Origin: a bacterium
GTDB taxonomy: Bacteria; Patescibacteriota; Microgenomatia; Daviesbacterales; UBA10151
Length of the DNA stretch: 64,000 nucleotides
Assembly: GCA_021786105.1 (NCBI GenBank)
Contig: JAJYNW010000006.1
Coordinates: forward strand, 7,012-71,011
Direction: 5' to 3'
Shown here: piece by piece, positions 1-8,813 of the stretch
Layout of the letters: each line of letters begins with the position of its first letter
Position numbering within the stretch: position 1 is the stretch's first letter
Program-made: the position numbers and the translations under genes
The notes under the pieces: model-generated
Database searches by the model: none
Seen by the model: only the letters and a program-made list of their open reading frames with translations
Told to the model about the DNA's origin: nothing

Positions 1-25
1 TCGGTCAGGGGTTTTGGGTACATGA

Positions 26-1201
26 TTAAAGATTAGGGTTTAACAGTTTAAGCTTGGGTAGCTTTACTTCAACAGTAGTGCCCTTATTTTCTTTAGATCT
101 GATGTTAATGATACCGCGGTGCTGGGCTACAATATTTTTGGCTAAAAAGAGTCCCACCCCCATGCCTTCTCCGCTGTGATTTCCGCCCCGGTAAAACATT
201 TGGCAAACTCTCGGCAGGTCTTTTTTAGATATCCCTTTACCCTGATCCTTAACCTGGCAAATCACATAACCGGATTTATGTTTCAGGGAGATGACGATAC
301 TTTTATCCAAAGGAGAAAATTTGGCGGCATTGTCCAGCAAATTAAGAATTGTTTGCAGTAATTTATTGTAGTCACCGATAATCCTATCGTGGCCGGGCAT
401 TAATTTGTTTTCCATTAAAATTTTATTATGAGGACGGATAAAGCGAAAATCTAAGAGTGCCTTGTCTACGATCTCTTTTAAATAACATTCCTCCCAGACA
501 TAGCGAAATTTGCCGGTTCTAATTCGGTCTATTTCCAGTAGCTCATTAACCAGCTGGCCCAGTCTGTAGCTTTCCCAGGACAATTCTTCAATCCACCTTG
601 ATTCAGGAGTATTAGTTTCTGCCAGTTTAGAATAGAGGAGCTGGGTATAGCCGTTGATGGTGGTCAATGGCGTTTTTAGCTCATGGGCAGCCATGGAAAT
701 AAACAGATCCCTGGTTTCCATGGCCTTTTGGGCTTGGAATTGGAGTTGGGCTTTGCGGATGGTTAATACAACCAGGGGGGCAAACAGTTTCAACATATCC
801 TTCTCTTTTTCCGAAAAAAATTTATTCTTCAAAGACATAAAGGAAATTACCCCGATAGGTTTGATACGGTCGGATAGAGGTAGGATGATAACCGAATGGA
901 TCTTTGTTTCTTTGATTTCCGGGTGATGCCGGAATATCTGTTTGGCGTTTAAAATAACCGGTTCCCGTGCCTTTAGAGCCCGGTACATAAAATCCCTTTT
1001 GCGTGGTTTAATTTTACAAAAAACCGGTGCAGAAGCGTAAGCTTTTTTCAATTCTTTATTATCAAGCAATAAAATTGAGCCAAAATCTGTCTGGGTAAGT
1101 TTAATCCCTTCTTCCACAATCTGCCTGTAGGTATCCGGCAAGCTTAAAGGCGACAAGAATTTGAGTCCTGATTGGTAAATTGCTTCCAGGGTATTGTCCA
1201 C
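26..1201 (-). CDS. Sensor histidine kinase with an N-terminal GAF-like region followed by HisKA and HATPase_c domains
   Basis: H-box 'AAHELKTPLTTINGYTQLL'. C-terminal ATPase motifs 'LLDNAAKFSP', 'DQGKGISKKDL', 'GVGLFLAKNIV'. Paralog of 16817..17977 with a similar N-terminus. Confidence 0.85.
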   Translation of the reverse strand: MDNTLEAIYQSGLKFLSPLSLPDTYRQIVEEGIKLTQTDFGSILLLDNKELKKAYASAPVFCKIKPRKRDFMYRALKAREPVILNAKQIFRHHPEIKETKIHSVIILPLSDRIKPIGVISFMSLKNKFFSEKEKDMLKLFAPLVVLTIRKAQLQFQAQKAMETRDLFISMAAHELKTPLTTINGYTQLLYSKLAETNTPESRWIEELSWESYRLGQLVNELLEIDRIRTGKFRYVWEECYLKEIVDKALLDFRFIRPHNKILMENKLMPGHDRIIGDYNKLLQTILNLLDNAAKFSPLDKSIVISLKHKSGYVICQVKDQGKGISKKDLPRVCQMFYRGGNHSGEGMGVGLFLAKNIVAQHRGIINIRSKENKGTTVEVKLPKLKLLNPNL

Positions 1202-1333
1202 AGTCTATTTTCCGATTAAGACTACTATATATTTATATGGATTTCAGTGGATAATCTAACAATATTCATTTAGGACTTGTAGAAAGTCTGTTTTTTGTTA
1301 TGTTACTATACTATGAGATTCGCTGAAGGCGAA

Positions 1334-2382
1334 ATGATGCCAGCCATAATTTCTGTTGGTATGGCAACAGGGGATAGACTTGTTACAAACACCGATGTTG
1401 ATGTTTGCCTGGGGAAAAAAATTGGGTTCACGAATAGAGTAATGAATGGGGTTGGTATTGAACAAAGATTTTGGGTAAAAGAGGGGCAGGCAACTTCTGA
1501 TTTATGTGTTGGAGCGCTTCGACAGGCAATAGATTCCGCTGGAATAGTGTCTGCTGATATCACCAGCTTGCTTGTAGCTACATCTTCTCCTGATATGCAG
1601 GCAGTCTCTACGGCCGCAGTAATTCAAAAGAAACTGGCTTTGTCTAACCGGATTCTTGCAAGTAATAATAGTGATGCTTGTCCGGGGTTTATTTTTGGGT
1701 TACATAGGGCTTTTACAGGTTTAACAAGTCCTCTTGGAGAAAAAGGTTATTATGGAGTAATTGGCGGGGAAGTAATGAGCCCGGTAATAGGTAAAGATGA
1801 TGAGTTTTCTCATGAAAAGAGAAGAAGAGAATCGATTGCTATTCTAGTCGGAGATGCTGCAGGTGCAGTAATTGCTAAAATGGTTACTCCGGATAAAGAA
1901 GCACCAACAAATATGGGTTTTGCTTTTGGAGCAGACGGGGAATATGCAGACGAATTGGGGGTTGAGGCGGGAGGAAGTAAATTACCGATAAATTTAACAG
2001 TCGTTCAGGAGGGAAGGCTTATCTTCATATGGACGGAAAGGCAATATTTAAGCAGGCCGTAAGAAGGATGTCAGAGGTGGCAAAAGAGGCTTTAGCCAGG
2101 GCAGAGGTTCCGATAGAAGAAATTGATTTTTTTGTACCACACCAGGCAAACGGAAAAATAATTAAAGCGGTAGCAGAAAGTTTAGGAGTTGCGATGGAAA
2201 AAGTAATTGTTATCATCAATAAGTACGGAAATACTTTATCTTCATCGATCCCAATTGCTTTATGCGAAGCTGTTAATAGCGGAAAAATTCGCCGTAATCA
2301 TATGATTGCTACGGCTTCTTTCGGAGCAGGGATAGCATTTGGTGCTGCAGTCCTTCCTATGGTGGGTTTACCTAAATCTTAA
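1334..2382 (+). CDS. fabH: 3-oxoacyl-ACP synthase III (FabH), split by an apparent +1 frameshift near 2008-2031
   Basis: ORFs 1295..2062 and 2029..2382 together give a full FabH. The N-terminal part has the active-site Cys context 'DACPGF'. The C-terminal part has 'HQANGKII', 'GNTLSSSIPIAL', 'ASFGAGIAFGAAV'. The frames join at '..VVQEG / KAYLHMDGKAIFK..'. Confidence 0.8.
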
Positions 2383-3529
2383 AACCTAAAACCTCGTAAA
2401 ACTTTTTTAATTCCTTCTTTTGTTTTGCCAGCTCAAGTAAAAAATCCAAGGCTTTGGGAGTGTTTAAATTTTGGTCCATGATTTTTGTAAATTGTTGAGT
2501 ATTACGCTCCAGGGTCTCACCTTTTGAGGCTAAAGCTTTTTCAACGGCCTCGACATTTTTTTGAGCTTGGATTAAGTCTTGTTCTTTATATTCCCAGGAT
2601 TTATCCCAGTGGTGGGAAAGCAGTAACCAGCTGATAGCATTAGGTGAATATTTTTTCAACAAATCAGAAACCATCACTAAATTTCCTTTTGATTTGGACA
2701 TTTTTTCACCCCGGTAATAAACTGTGCCGGTATGAAGCCAATATTTAGCAAAAGGAATCTTCCCGGTGGCTCCTTCTGATTGAGCAATTTCATCTTCGTG
2801 ATGAGGAAAGATTAAATCAATGCCGCCTCCGTGAATATCGATCTGTCCCCCTAAGGTGGCAATGCTCATGGCAGAGCATTCCAGGTGCCAGCCTGGTCTG
2901 CCCGGCCCAAACGGAGAATTAAAAGAGGGGATGTGTCTTGGTTGGTCAGGCGTTTGCGCCCGCCATAAAGTAATATCCAAAGGATTCCTTTTCTCAATGC
3001 AGGCCAAATCTTCCTCAAACTCCTGGGCCACCTTAAACATTTTATTTTTATTAAACTTTGATAATTTGCCAAATCCTTTATCCCGGGAAATATCTAAATA
3101 AACACTGCCGTTTTTTCGGTAAGCCAGGCCTTTGTCCAAAAGTTTTTGGATTAGGTCTATCATGGGGGAAATTTGCTCGGAAGCTTTTAGGTAATAGGTA
3201 GGAGGAGCCCAGTTTAAGGCGGCCATATCTTCTAAAAACTTATCAGTCCAATATTTTGCTAATTCTTGCCAAGGGATATTTTGCTCCCTGGCTCTTTCCA
3301 AAATATCCTTATCGCGGTCATTTATATCAGTAACGTTTTGGGTGTAAGTTACCTTATACCCTTGAAATTTTAAGTACCTGATCAAGGCGTCAAAAGAGAT
3401 GTAAGTGAAGGCGTGGCCTAAGTGAGTGGTGTCGTAAGGAGTAATTCCGCAGACATAAATAGTGACTCTTTTATCCTGCAATGGTTTAAAATCTTCCTGT
3501 TTGTCGCTTAAGGAATTAAAAATCTTCAT
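2372..3529 (-). CDS. cysS: Cysteinyl-tRNA synthetase (compact form)
   Basis: HIGH-type motif 'HLGHAFTY'; KMSKS motif 'GEKMSKSKGN'; 'WHLECSAMS' typical of CysRS. Confidence 0.9.
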   Translation of the reverse strand: MKIFNSLSDKQEDFKPLQDKRVTIYVCGITPYDTTHLGHAFTYISFDALIRYLKFQGYKVTYTQNVTDINDRDKDILERAREQNIPWQELAKYWTDKFLEDMAALNWAPPTYYLKASEQISPMIDLIQKLLDKGLAYRKNGSVYLDISRDKGFGKLSKFNKNKMFKVAQEFEEDLACIEKRNPLDITLWRAQTPDQPRHIPSFNSPFGPGRPGWHLECSAMSIATLGGQIDIHGGGIDLIFPHHEDEIAQSEGATGKIPFAKYWLHTGTVYYRGEKMSKSKGNLVMVSDLLKKYSPNAISWLLLSHHWDKSWEYKEQDLIQAQKNVEAVEKALASKGETLERNTQQFTKIMDQNLNTPKALDFLLELAKQKKELKKFYEVLGFKI

Positions 3530-3613
3530 AAAACTTGGAAACTAAGGGAAGTATACCAAAGTTTGAGTATTAAGTAAGGAAAACTCCCTGCCCCAAGGGG
3601 CAGGGAACAAAAT

Positions 3614-3934
3614 TTAGGCAGTCTGAGTTAACTCAGTCAGGATCCTTTTGTAGTAAGATCCAATTTGGTCTAGCTCAATTTTGCCGCCTGCAGCCAAAGC
3701 TACCGCATTATTCATGGCATTACACATGAACATATATTTGGAAGGTGAAACGATCCGGTCAGTAAAAATACTTTGTCCAACTGCCGGTTTGGTTTCTGAT
3801 GTTTCTTTTTCTACACAAAAACCCTGTCCATCCAAAATCTTGTGGGAATACCAAACTTTGGCATCGCCATTGACCTGTTTCTCGTTCCTGTAGAACTTTG
3901 ACCTGTGTAATTGACAGTAATGTACTACTTGCAT
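3614..3934 (-). CDS. Hypothetical protein. Start chosen at MQVVHY, which is preceded by an AGGAGGTG Shine-Dalgarno.
   Basis: ORF 3614..4015. Internal Met at 3934 has a strong RBS (plus-strand 'cacctcc' at 3941-3947). No recognisable domain. Confidence 0.45.
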   Translation of the reverse strand: MQVVHYCQLHRSKFYRNEKQVNGDAKVWYSHKILDGQGFCVEKETSETKPAVGQSIFTDRIVSPSKYMFMCNAMNNAVALAAGGKIELDQIGSYYKRILTELTQTA

Positions 3935-4282
3935 TTTTTCACCTCCTTTTTTTGAAAAGTAACTCTTTAACTTGTAGCAGATCCCAAAGGACGGTGTTGT
4001 TATTGTTGTAAACAAAAATAGTACGCGGAATTAAAGGCACCAAAGAGTCGGTGAAAAGTGGCTCTTTTAAACTCTTTTTCCTAAATCTTCGTCTCTGAAA
4101 ACTTTTGCTAAAAAAACTCATGCCCAAACCTCTCTTTTAAAATTTGCAGGCAAATTCTACTCCAAATAAAACCCGAAGTCAATACAAAAGATTGGATGCT
4201 TTCTTACTTATTTCTGGCTTAACTTTAACAATAATCCGGTAAGAAGATTTTACAATGGGAACGTATAGGAGGGTAAGTTCAT

Positions 4283-4972
4283 TTGGTTAATGCCAGAAAA
4301 TTCCGGTGGAAAAATTTGATTCTATTTGTTCTACTGGCTGTCCTGGCAGTTTCAACGAGTTACAGAAGTTCTCCGCTAAATCTCTCTGCACAGATGACTT
4401 CTTCTCCTTCAGCTGTTTTAGACACTAATACCAAAGCCTCAGGTTTGAGGGTGGTACTTAATTCTTTGAATAAACAACATGTCGATCTGGCGGCGGAGGC
4501 CATGCGGGATGGGTATGATGGGTTTGGCAGCGAGGCTTTTAAAGCTTCAACTCACACTCTGGATAATAATAGCGTGGCAATGGCTAACTTGATGGGATCG
4601 TTATACGGGACTGATACCAGTAATAAATTTTTGGAGGTTTGGAGAAAGCATATTGATTCTTATATGAACTATACTCTGGCAATAAAAAACAATGACGGGT
4701 CGGAAAGGAGCCGGGCCATGTCAGATTTAAGCAATCAGGCTGAGCAATTGGCAAGTCTATTAAGTGCTGTCAATCCGGATATACAAAAAGATGCTGTTAA
4801 ACAAATGATGGTTGAGCGCGCTCAGTTGATGTTGGCGGTGATTAATGCCCGGGCGGCAGGAGATTGGCAGGCATCATACGATATGCAGGATGCTGCCTAT
4901 AATCAAATCGGGCAATTTGCTGATGGATTGGCGGCAGTTATTGTCAGGCAATTCCCCGAAAAATTCCAGTAA
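4283..4972 (+). CDS. Secreted or membrane-anchored hypothetical protein (N-terminal signal/TM 'LILFVLLAVLAVS')
   Basis: 229-aa ORF with a hydrophobic N-terminus. No recognisable catalytic motif. Confidence 0.5.
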   Translation: MVNARKFRWKNLILFVLLAVLAVSTSYRSSPLNLSAQMTSSPSAVLDTNTKASGLRVVLNSLNKQHVDLAAEAMRDGYDGFGSEAFKASTHTLDNNSVAMANLMGSLYGTDTSNKFLEVWRKHIDSYMNYTLAIKNNDGSERSRAMSDLSNQAEQLASLLSAVNPDIQKDAVKQMMVERAQLMLAVINARAAGDWQASYDMQDAAYNQIGQFADGLAAVIVRQFPEKFQ

Positions 4973-4993
4973 AGAGGATCTCTTTTTTGTAAA

Positions 4994-5048
4994 GTGATCC
5001 CAACGATACATTGCACAGACTGAATGAGTTTTTTAGTTTATTCTTATT
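4994..5048. repeat. Left copy of a ~55-bp imperfect direct repeat (gtgatccc..cacagactga.tga..ttattctt) bounding a 1.6-kb AT-rich segment
   Basis: Aligns at ~80% identity with 6600..6652. The two copies flank ORF 5101..6210 and a 530-bp non-coding stretch. Confidence 0.6.
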
Positions 5049-5100
5049 TTGGATTAAAAGATGCATAAGTATGCGTATCAGAAAGTTTATCTCAAATGAG

Positions 5101-6210
5101 TTATTCTTGTTGACTAAATTCTTGAGTAATGCGTTTTTTGACTTCATCTGTTGCTTGTTCCATAGTCTCAAAAGTTTGTTGAGTAACTTCTCCTGTTTGT
5201 GGTTTCATAAATACAACGTCAACAGGTTTTTCTGGTTCGATAGAAGATAATTCTTCGAGTGTAATTTGATTTTGATCTAGCCTTATATCTGAAACAAGAG
5301 AACATTGAAAAAATCCAGTTTGGTCATTAGTAACAATAATTCCTATATTCGCTACGCTTGGGCCAAATAACATTGCGTCTCCTGCTCCTAATAAATCGAA
5401 ACCTCGTACTGTGCCAAGTTCTACAGTTTTCTTTTTTGCTTCACGATCTTCTCTTAAATACCTAACTCTGGTCCCCACTTGTAATTGATTCCATCGTTGC
5501 CATTCTTCTTCAGAAGATGGATCTAGGCTAGCAAAATCTGCTTCTTCTCCATCAATATCAAAAGCGATATATGTTTTCCCTTCATGTTCAATTCTTCTTA
5601 TGCTTGGTTTGTCTCTTACCTGATCTTCTAAACCACCTGCGGGCATAAAAGGTTTTCCCATTATCCTTTGTACTCTAAAAACAGTACTTAGCGGTATTGG
5701 TCTTTGTGCTCCTTCAGTTAGATCAATTGACTCTCTAATCTCTCTAGTCATCCACAATAAGCCATCTGCCAACGTTCTCAAATCTTCATCCATTAAGTTT
5801 CCTTGATATGCTTTAATTTCTTCCGGAATGGGCACTGCATTAAATGATTCTTGTATCCTTTTATAATGTGCACTAGTATCTTCATCGCTATGGTCTCCAT
5901 TCCAGTATGGACGCCATATATCGGAATGTACCTTACCCCAACGTATCCAAGGCTCTAATAAACGATCTGCCTCGCTTACAGTTTGGACATCGAATAATCT
6001 GTTAACAAAGGATTGTACCCATATAGCCCGCCTTCTGCCGACTCCGCTGTATTGATTTGGGTCTGCAAACTGCATATTCCACAGATTATATCCGTGCTTA
6101 AATTCATCAGTTTCATAGTATCTTTTCAGGAATTGGCGAGTAGATCCTCCAAGAGGTCTATCTAAATTAGGATCATGGTCAAATTTTGGGCCCGTGTCTC
6201 TATCTAACAT
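5101..6210 (-). CDS. Hypothetical protein in an AT-rich island, no recognisable domain
   Basis: 369-aa ORF. Codon usage and base composition are visibly more AT-rich than neighbouring genes. It lies between the direct repeats. Confidence 0.55.
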   Translation of the reverse strand: MLDRDTGPKFDHDPNLDRPLGGSTRQFLKRYYETDEFKHGYNLWNMQFADPNQYSGVGRRRAIWVQSFVNRLFDVQTVSEADRLLEPWIRWGKVHSDIWRPYWNGDHSDEDTSAHYKRIQESFNAVPIPEEIKAYQGNLMDEDLRTLADGLLWMTREIRESIDLTEGAQRPIPLSTVFRVQRIMGKPFMPAGGLEDQVRDKPSIRRIEHEGKTYIAFDIDGEEADFASLDPSSEEEWQRWNQLQVGTRVRYLREDREAKKKTVELGTVRGFDLLGAGDAMLFGPSVANIGIIVTNDQTGFFQCSLVSDIRLDQNQITLEELSSIEPEKPVDVVFMKPQTGEVTQQTFETMEQATDEVKKRITQEFSQQE

Positions 6211-6310
6211 ATTCTGTGTACATGGAGCAGGTTTTGACTGCTGTTATTATATCTAATTTAAGATTATTTGCATTATTTATTTGAAAAGAGGCAGGAGGTG
6301 GTGATGGTAA

Positions 6311-6481
6311 ATGTTGCCATTGGATGTAATCAGAAAATATTATTCTAATGCATCAGATGAGGAATTAAAAGGAATACAAGAATTTGTTTACCTTTTATCT
6401 TGCGGAATAATGCAGTATTTTTATGGATCTGATTGGGAAAAGGATATTATTGATTCAGATTTTGAAAATAAGAAAGATTGA
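6311..6481 (+). CDS. Small ORF (56 aa), acidic hypothetical protein with an upstream AGGAGGTGG
   Basis: Below the ORF-track length cut-off. 'aggaggtgg' at 6290-6298 precedes the ATG. Lies inside the island between the direct repeats. Confidence 0.25.
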   Translation: MLPLDVIRKYYSNASDEELKGIQEFVYLLSCGIMQYFYGSDWEKDIIDSDFENKKD

Positions 6482-6599
6482 CAGAACAATCCAATCATGA
6501 GTTCGAATCCTGCTCGGTCTCTTGTTTATAGGCTCAAAAATAAGGGATTTTTAACAAAATCTCGAGGCTAAATTTGTGCCAAAACACTAATATCATTCT

Positions 6600-6652
6600 G
6601 TGATCCCGATGATATCTTACACAGACTGAGTGAATTTTTCAAATTATTCTTG
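6600..6652. repeat. Right copy of the ~55-bp direct repeat (see 4994..5048)
   Basis: Same core: gtgatcccgatgatatcttacacagactgagtgaatttttcaaattattcttg. Confidence 0.6.
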
Positions 6653-6745
6653 TCTGACGGTCTAAACTCTGAATATACCTATCTCTTTTGCTTAAGAAAT
6701 GTACAATAAAGTACAGCAACTATTTTTATGCTAACATGAGAGCTA

Positions 6746-7303
6746 ATGGTTATTTTCATCGATGAATCAGGCATCCACAAGCAAACAGGTCATTCTACAG
6801 GAGCAGTTGTATATGTTGAGGTCAATAACTTTGAAAAGTTTGATAATAAGCTTAAAAAGATAGAGGAGGATTTAAAAATTAGTTACTTCCATTGGGCGGA
6901 AGAACGATGGTTTATGAAAAATAAATTTCTTTCTCGAATTTTCGATCTTGATTTTACTGTTAAGGTGGCTGTATTTGAAAATCCGGTAAAACCAGATTCT
7001 CTGCTTGAGATTGTATTCCAGCACCTTATTACAGAAAAAACCATCAAAAGTATTTATATCGACGGAGAAAAACCGAAATGGTACGAACATAAACTCAAGA
7101 AAGTATTACGAGATAAAGGTATAGGGCTTAAGAAATTGCGGACAGTAAGAAGTAAATCTGAAGTTGGTATTCAGCTTGCCGATGCTTTAGCAAGCTTAAT
7201 CAGATATTATCATGATAATCCGCAAGAAAAGGATGCTAAAAAGTGGTTTAGTAAGTTGAAAAAAGAGAAAAAGCTGGCTTTCGAACTGTTGGTTAATCAA
7301 TGA
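6746..7303 (+). CDS. DUF3800-family protein (N-terminal 'IFIDESG' motif); paralog of 62801..63373
   Basis: N-terminus 'MVIFIDESGIHKQ' matches the DUF3800 signature as I recall it. About 55% aa identity and ~80% DNA identity at the 5' end with 62801..63373. Confidence 0.6.
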   Translation: MVIFIDESGIHKQTGHSTGAVVYVEVNNFEKFDNKLKKIEEDLKISYFHWAEERWFMKNKFLSRIFDLDFTVKVAVFENPVKPDSLLEIVFQHLITEKTIKSIYIDGEKPKWYEHKLKKVLRDKGIGLKKLRTVRSKSEVGIQLADALASLIRYYHDNPQEKDAKKWFSKLKKEKKLAFELLVNQ

Positions 7304-7333
7304 ACAAGTTCTTGTCTTTGCCAATAAAAAACC

Positions 7334-7357
7334 CCACCTAAAGGTGGGGTCAGTTAG
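7334..7357. terminator. GC-rich hairpin ccccacc-taaa-ggtgggg with an A-tract 5' on the plus strand (T-tract on the minus strand)
   Basis: Perfect 7-bp stem immediately after the DUF3800 gene. The U-tract is on the minus-strand side, so it may terminate minus-strand readthrough or act bidirectionally. Confidence 0.5.
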
Positions 7358-7471
7358 TCAGCTAGTTCTTTCGAACTTTTCCCAGCCTGGGAATTTGTCG
7401 CTGATAACTTGTTATAAACGTATACTACCACAAGTACCCTTAAAATACAATCCCAATTCTAGCTTTAAAAA

Positions 7472-7573
7472 ATCGATCCCTGTGGCCAAGATGAATCATT
7501 TTTTACAATGTCAACATTCGCTCCCTAAAAGTAAGGTATTTTTACCCCGAGGACCATTCGGTGAAATTATTAT
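7472..7573. repeat. Copy 1 of a ~110-nt intergenic repeat (tcgatccctgtggc..acattcgc.ccctaaaagtaagg..cattcggt.aa..tatta)
   Basis: ~80% identity with 41716..41848 (copy 2). Copy 2 has an extra 31-nt insertion. The listed ORF 7344..7601 is probably not coding. Confidence 0.65.
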
Positions 7574-7578
7574 ACAGC

Positions 7579-8313
7579 TTAAAGGTATTTTAAATCAATA
7601 ATTTTGAAGGTAGAAAGTATATGTTCAAACATTTCCTGATCTCTTGCGTTATTCGAAATAGTAAAAATTACTCCATCTTTTGTGAAGTAGACTATGTCTA
7701 TTGGTGAGCCTACTGTTTCTGCACTGATTTTCTTAGCATCCAAACCATCCACTTTTAAATTTACCCAGCTATTAGAAATTGGGCTACTAAAAGACATTGA
7801 GAGTTGATCGTTCTGAGGCCATTGTTTGGGATCTACCTCTGAAAGTTGTTTATTTTTAGCAATTTTGATTGTGATTGATGGAATTATGTCGTTGAGTAAA
7901 CCATTATCTTTATTCTGAGCTTCTCCTAAGTAGATAGTCGCTGGGTCTTGGTAAATTAATTTTCCGTATGTTGTATAAGCTGTCCATATACTTGGAACTT
8001 CAACCTCAAAAACAGGATAACCTAAATGAAAAACTTTATATTGATATTTAATATAAGTACTTGAAGTGCTATCTTTAGGTAATGTTGTAGGGCTAATTTG
8101 GGGTGAGTATATAGTTTGTTTAACTTGAGACGATTCTTGATTTTTTTGAGTTCCTAGGTAATATGCACCTCCAGCTATAACGATCAAAAATATCACTACT
8201 CCTACTATCAAGGGAATAAAACCTTTCTGATTTGTTACTGGCGAATTATCAATTTTTGCTTTTGGGATTTCTTTAATAGCAGTTACCTGTGGTTTAGATA
8301 TATATGATTCCAT
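7579..8313 (-). CDS. Membrane-anchored hypothetical protein (single TM 'FIPLIVGVVIFLIVIAGGAYYLG')
   Basis: 244-aa ORF with an N-terminal TM helix. No recognisable domain. Confidence 0.5.
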   Translation of the reverse strand: MESYISKPQVTAIKEIPKAKIDNSPVTNQKGFIPLIVGVVIFLIVIAGGAYYLGTQKNQESSQVKQTIYSPQISPTTLPKDSTSSTYIKYQYKVFHLGYPVFEVEVPSIWTAYTTYGKLIYQDPATIYLGEAQNKDNGLLNDIIPSITIKIAKNKQLSEVDPKQWPQNDQLSMSFSSPISNSWVNLKVDGLDAKKISAETVGSPIDIVYFTKDGVIFTISNNARDQEMFEHILSTFKIIDLKYL

Positions 8314-8404
8314 ACTAGATTAGTATTTCAAAAATCAATCAATAACGCAACTGACCTCAATTATTGTTAACTTCTTTCATCTATTTTTAACTATTATTAA
8401 CTAG

Positions 8405-8477
8405 TGAGCCGGCAGGGGATCGAACCCTGGACCAAGAGCTTAAAAGGCTCCTGCTCTACCGCTGAGCTACCGGCCCA
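8405..8477 (-). tRNA. tRNA-Lys (anticodon UUU)
   Basis: Reverse complement folds as a 73-nt cloverleaf: GGGCCGG-TA-GCTC..GAGC-A-GGAGC-CTTTTAA-GCTCT-TGGTC-CAGGG-TTCGATC-CCCTG-CCGGCTC-A. Anticodon loop is CTTTTAA. Confidence 0.9.
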
Positions 8478-8518
8478 AACCTAATCTGTTTAATCTACTT
8501 TATCTTGCGTCCGGCATT

Positions 8519-8650
8519 ATAGTCGCTTCGTGACTACTCCTGCTCTTCCTGGGATAACCCTGATTTTAACTCATCCGCTGATCGCGGATCAGTATGTAGT
8601 TATCCCGTTAAAGTAAGGTTGCTTACTTTAACCCGCTGAGCTACCGGCCC
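8519..8650 (-). ncRNA. tRNA-Lys-associated structured element A: the first 19 nt of the tRNA-Lys(UUU) 5' end fused to a conserved multi-hairpin sequence
   Basis: Minus-strand reading: GGGCCGGTAGCTCAGCGGG + hairpin AAGTAAG/CTTACTT + GGGATAAC..GTTATCCC + ATCCGC-GATCA-GCGGAT + GAGCAGGAG + hairpin TAGTC..GACTA. A homologous element lies at 44200..44346 with compensatory stem changes. Confidence 0.5.
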
Positions 8651-8813
8651 TCGTCTAAGCACGGTTTATGTTTTCGCTTCAATGAATTGAAGCTTCAACT
8701 TTCACCGGCTTCTCCTCTCAAAATTGCTTCTCAATTTTGGAAAACACAGAAAATCAATCCTGAGTTTAATCAGTATTGTACTAAATTTGCTTTAATTTTG
8801 CTAATATGATCTC

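Noticed and set aside
2856-3101. Antisense ORFs inside cysS, uvrA (26030..26405), uvrB (23502..23756, 24144..24422) and others
   Set aside because: Fully embedded in well-supported genes on the other strand, with no start signals.
3939-4127. 62-aa basic ORF upstream of 3614..3934 on the minus strand
   Set aside because: It overlaps the likely promoter/RBS region of the downstream gene and has low-complexity composition. No support as a gene.
6481-6530. 'GAGTTCGAATCCTGCTCGGTCTC' resembling a tRNA T-arm and 3' acceptor
   Set aside because: No complementary T-stem or acceptor 5' strand can be drawn. At most a short tRNA-end relic, so it is mentioned only as part of the island finding.
7344-7601. 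85-aa ORFs called over the ~110-nt repeats (7344..7601 and 41801..42058)
   Set aside because: The two 'proteins' are unrelated even though the underlying DNA is homologous, so the conservation is at nucleotide level. The GTG start of the second lies inside an inserted mini-element.
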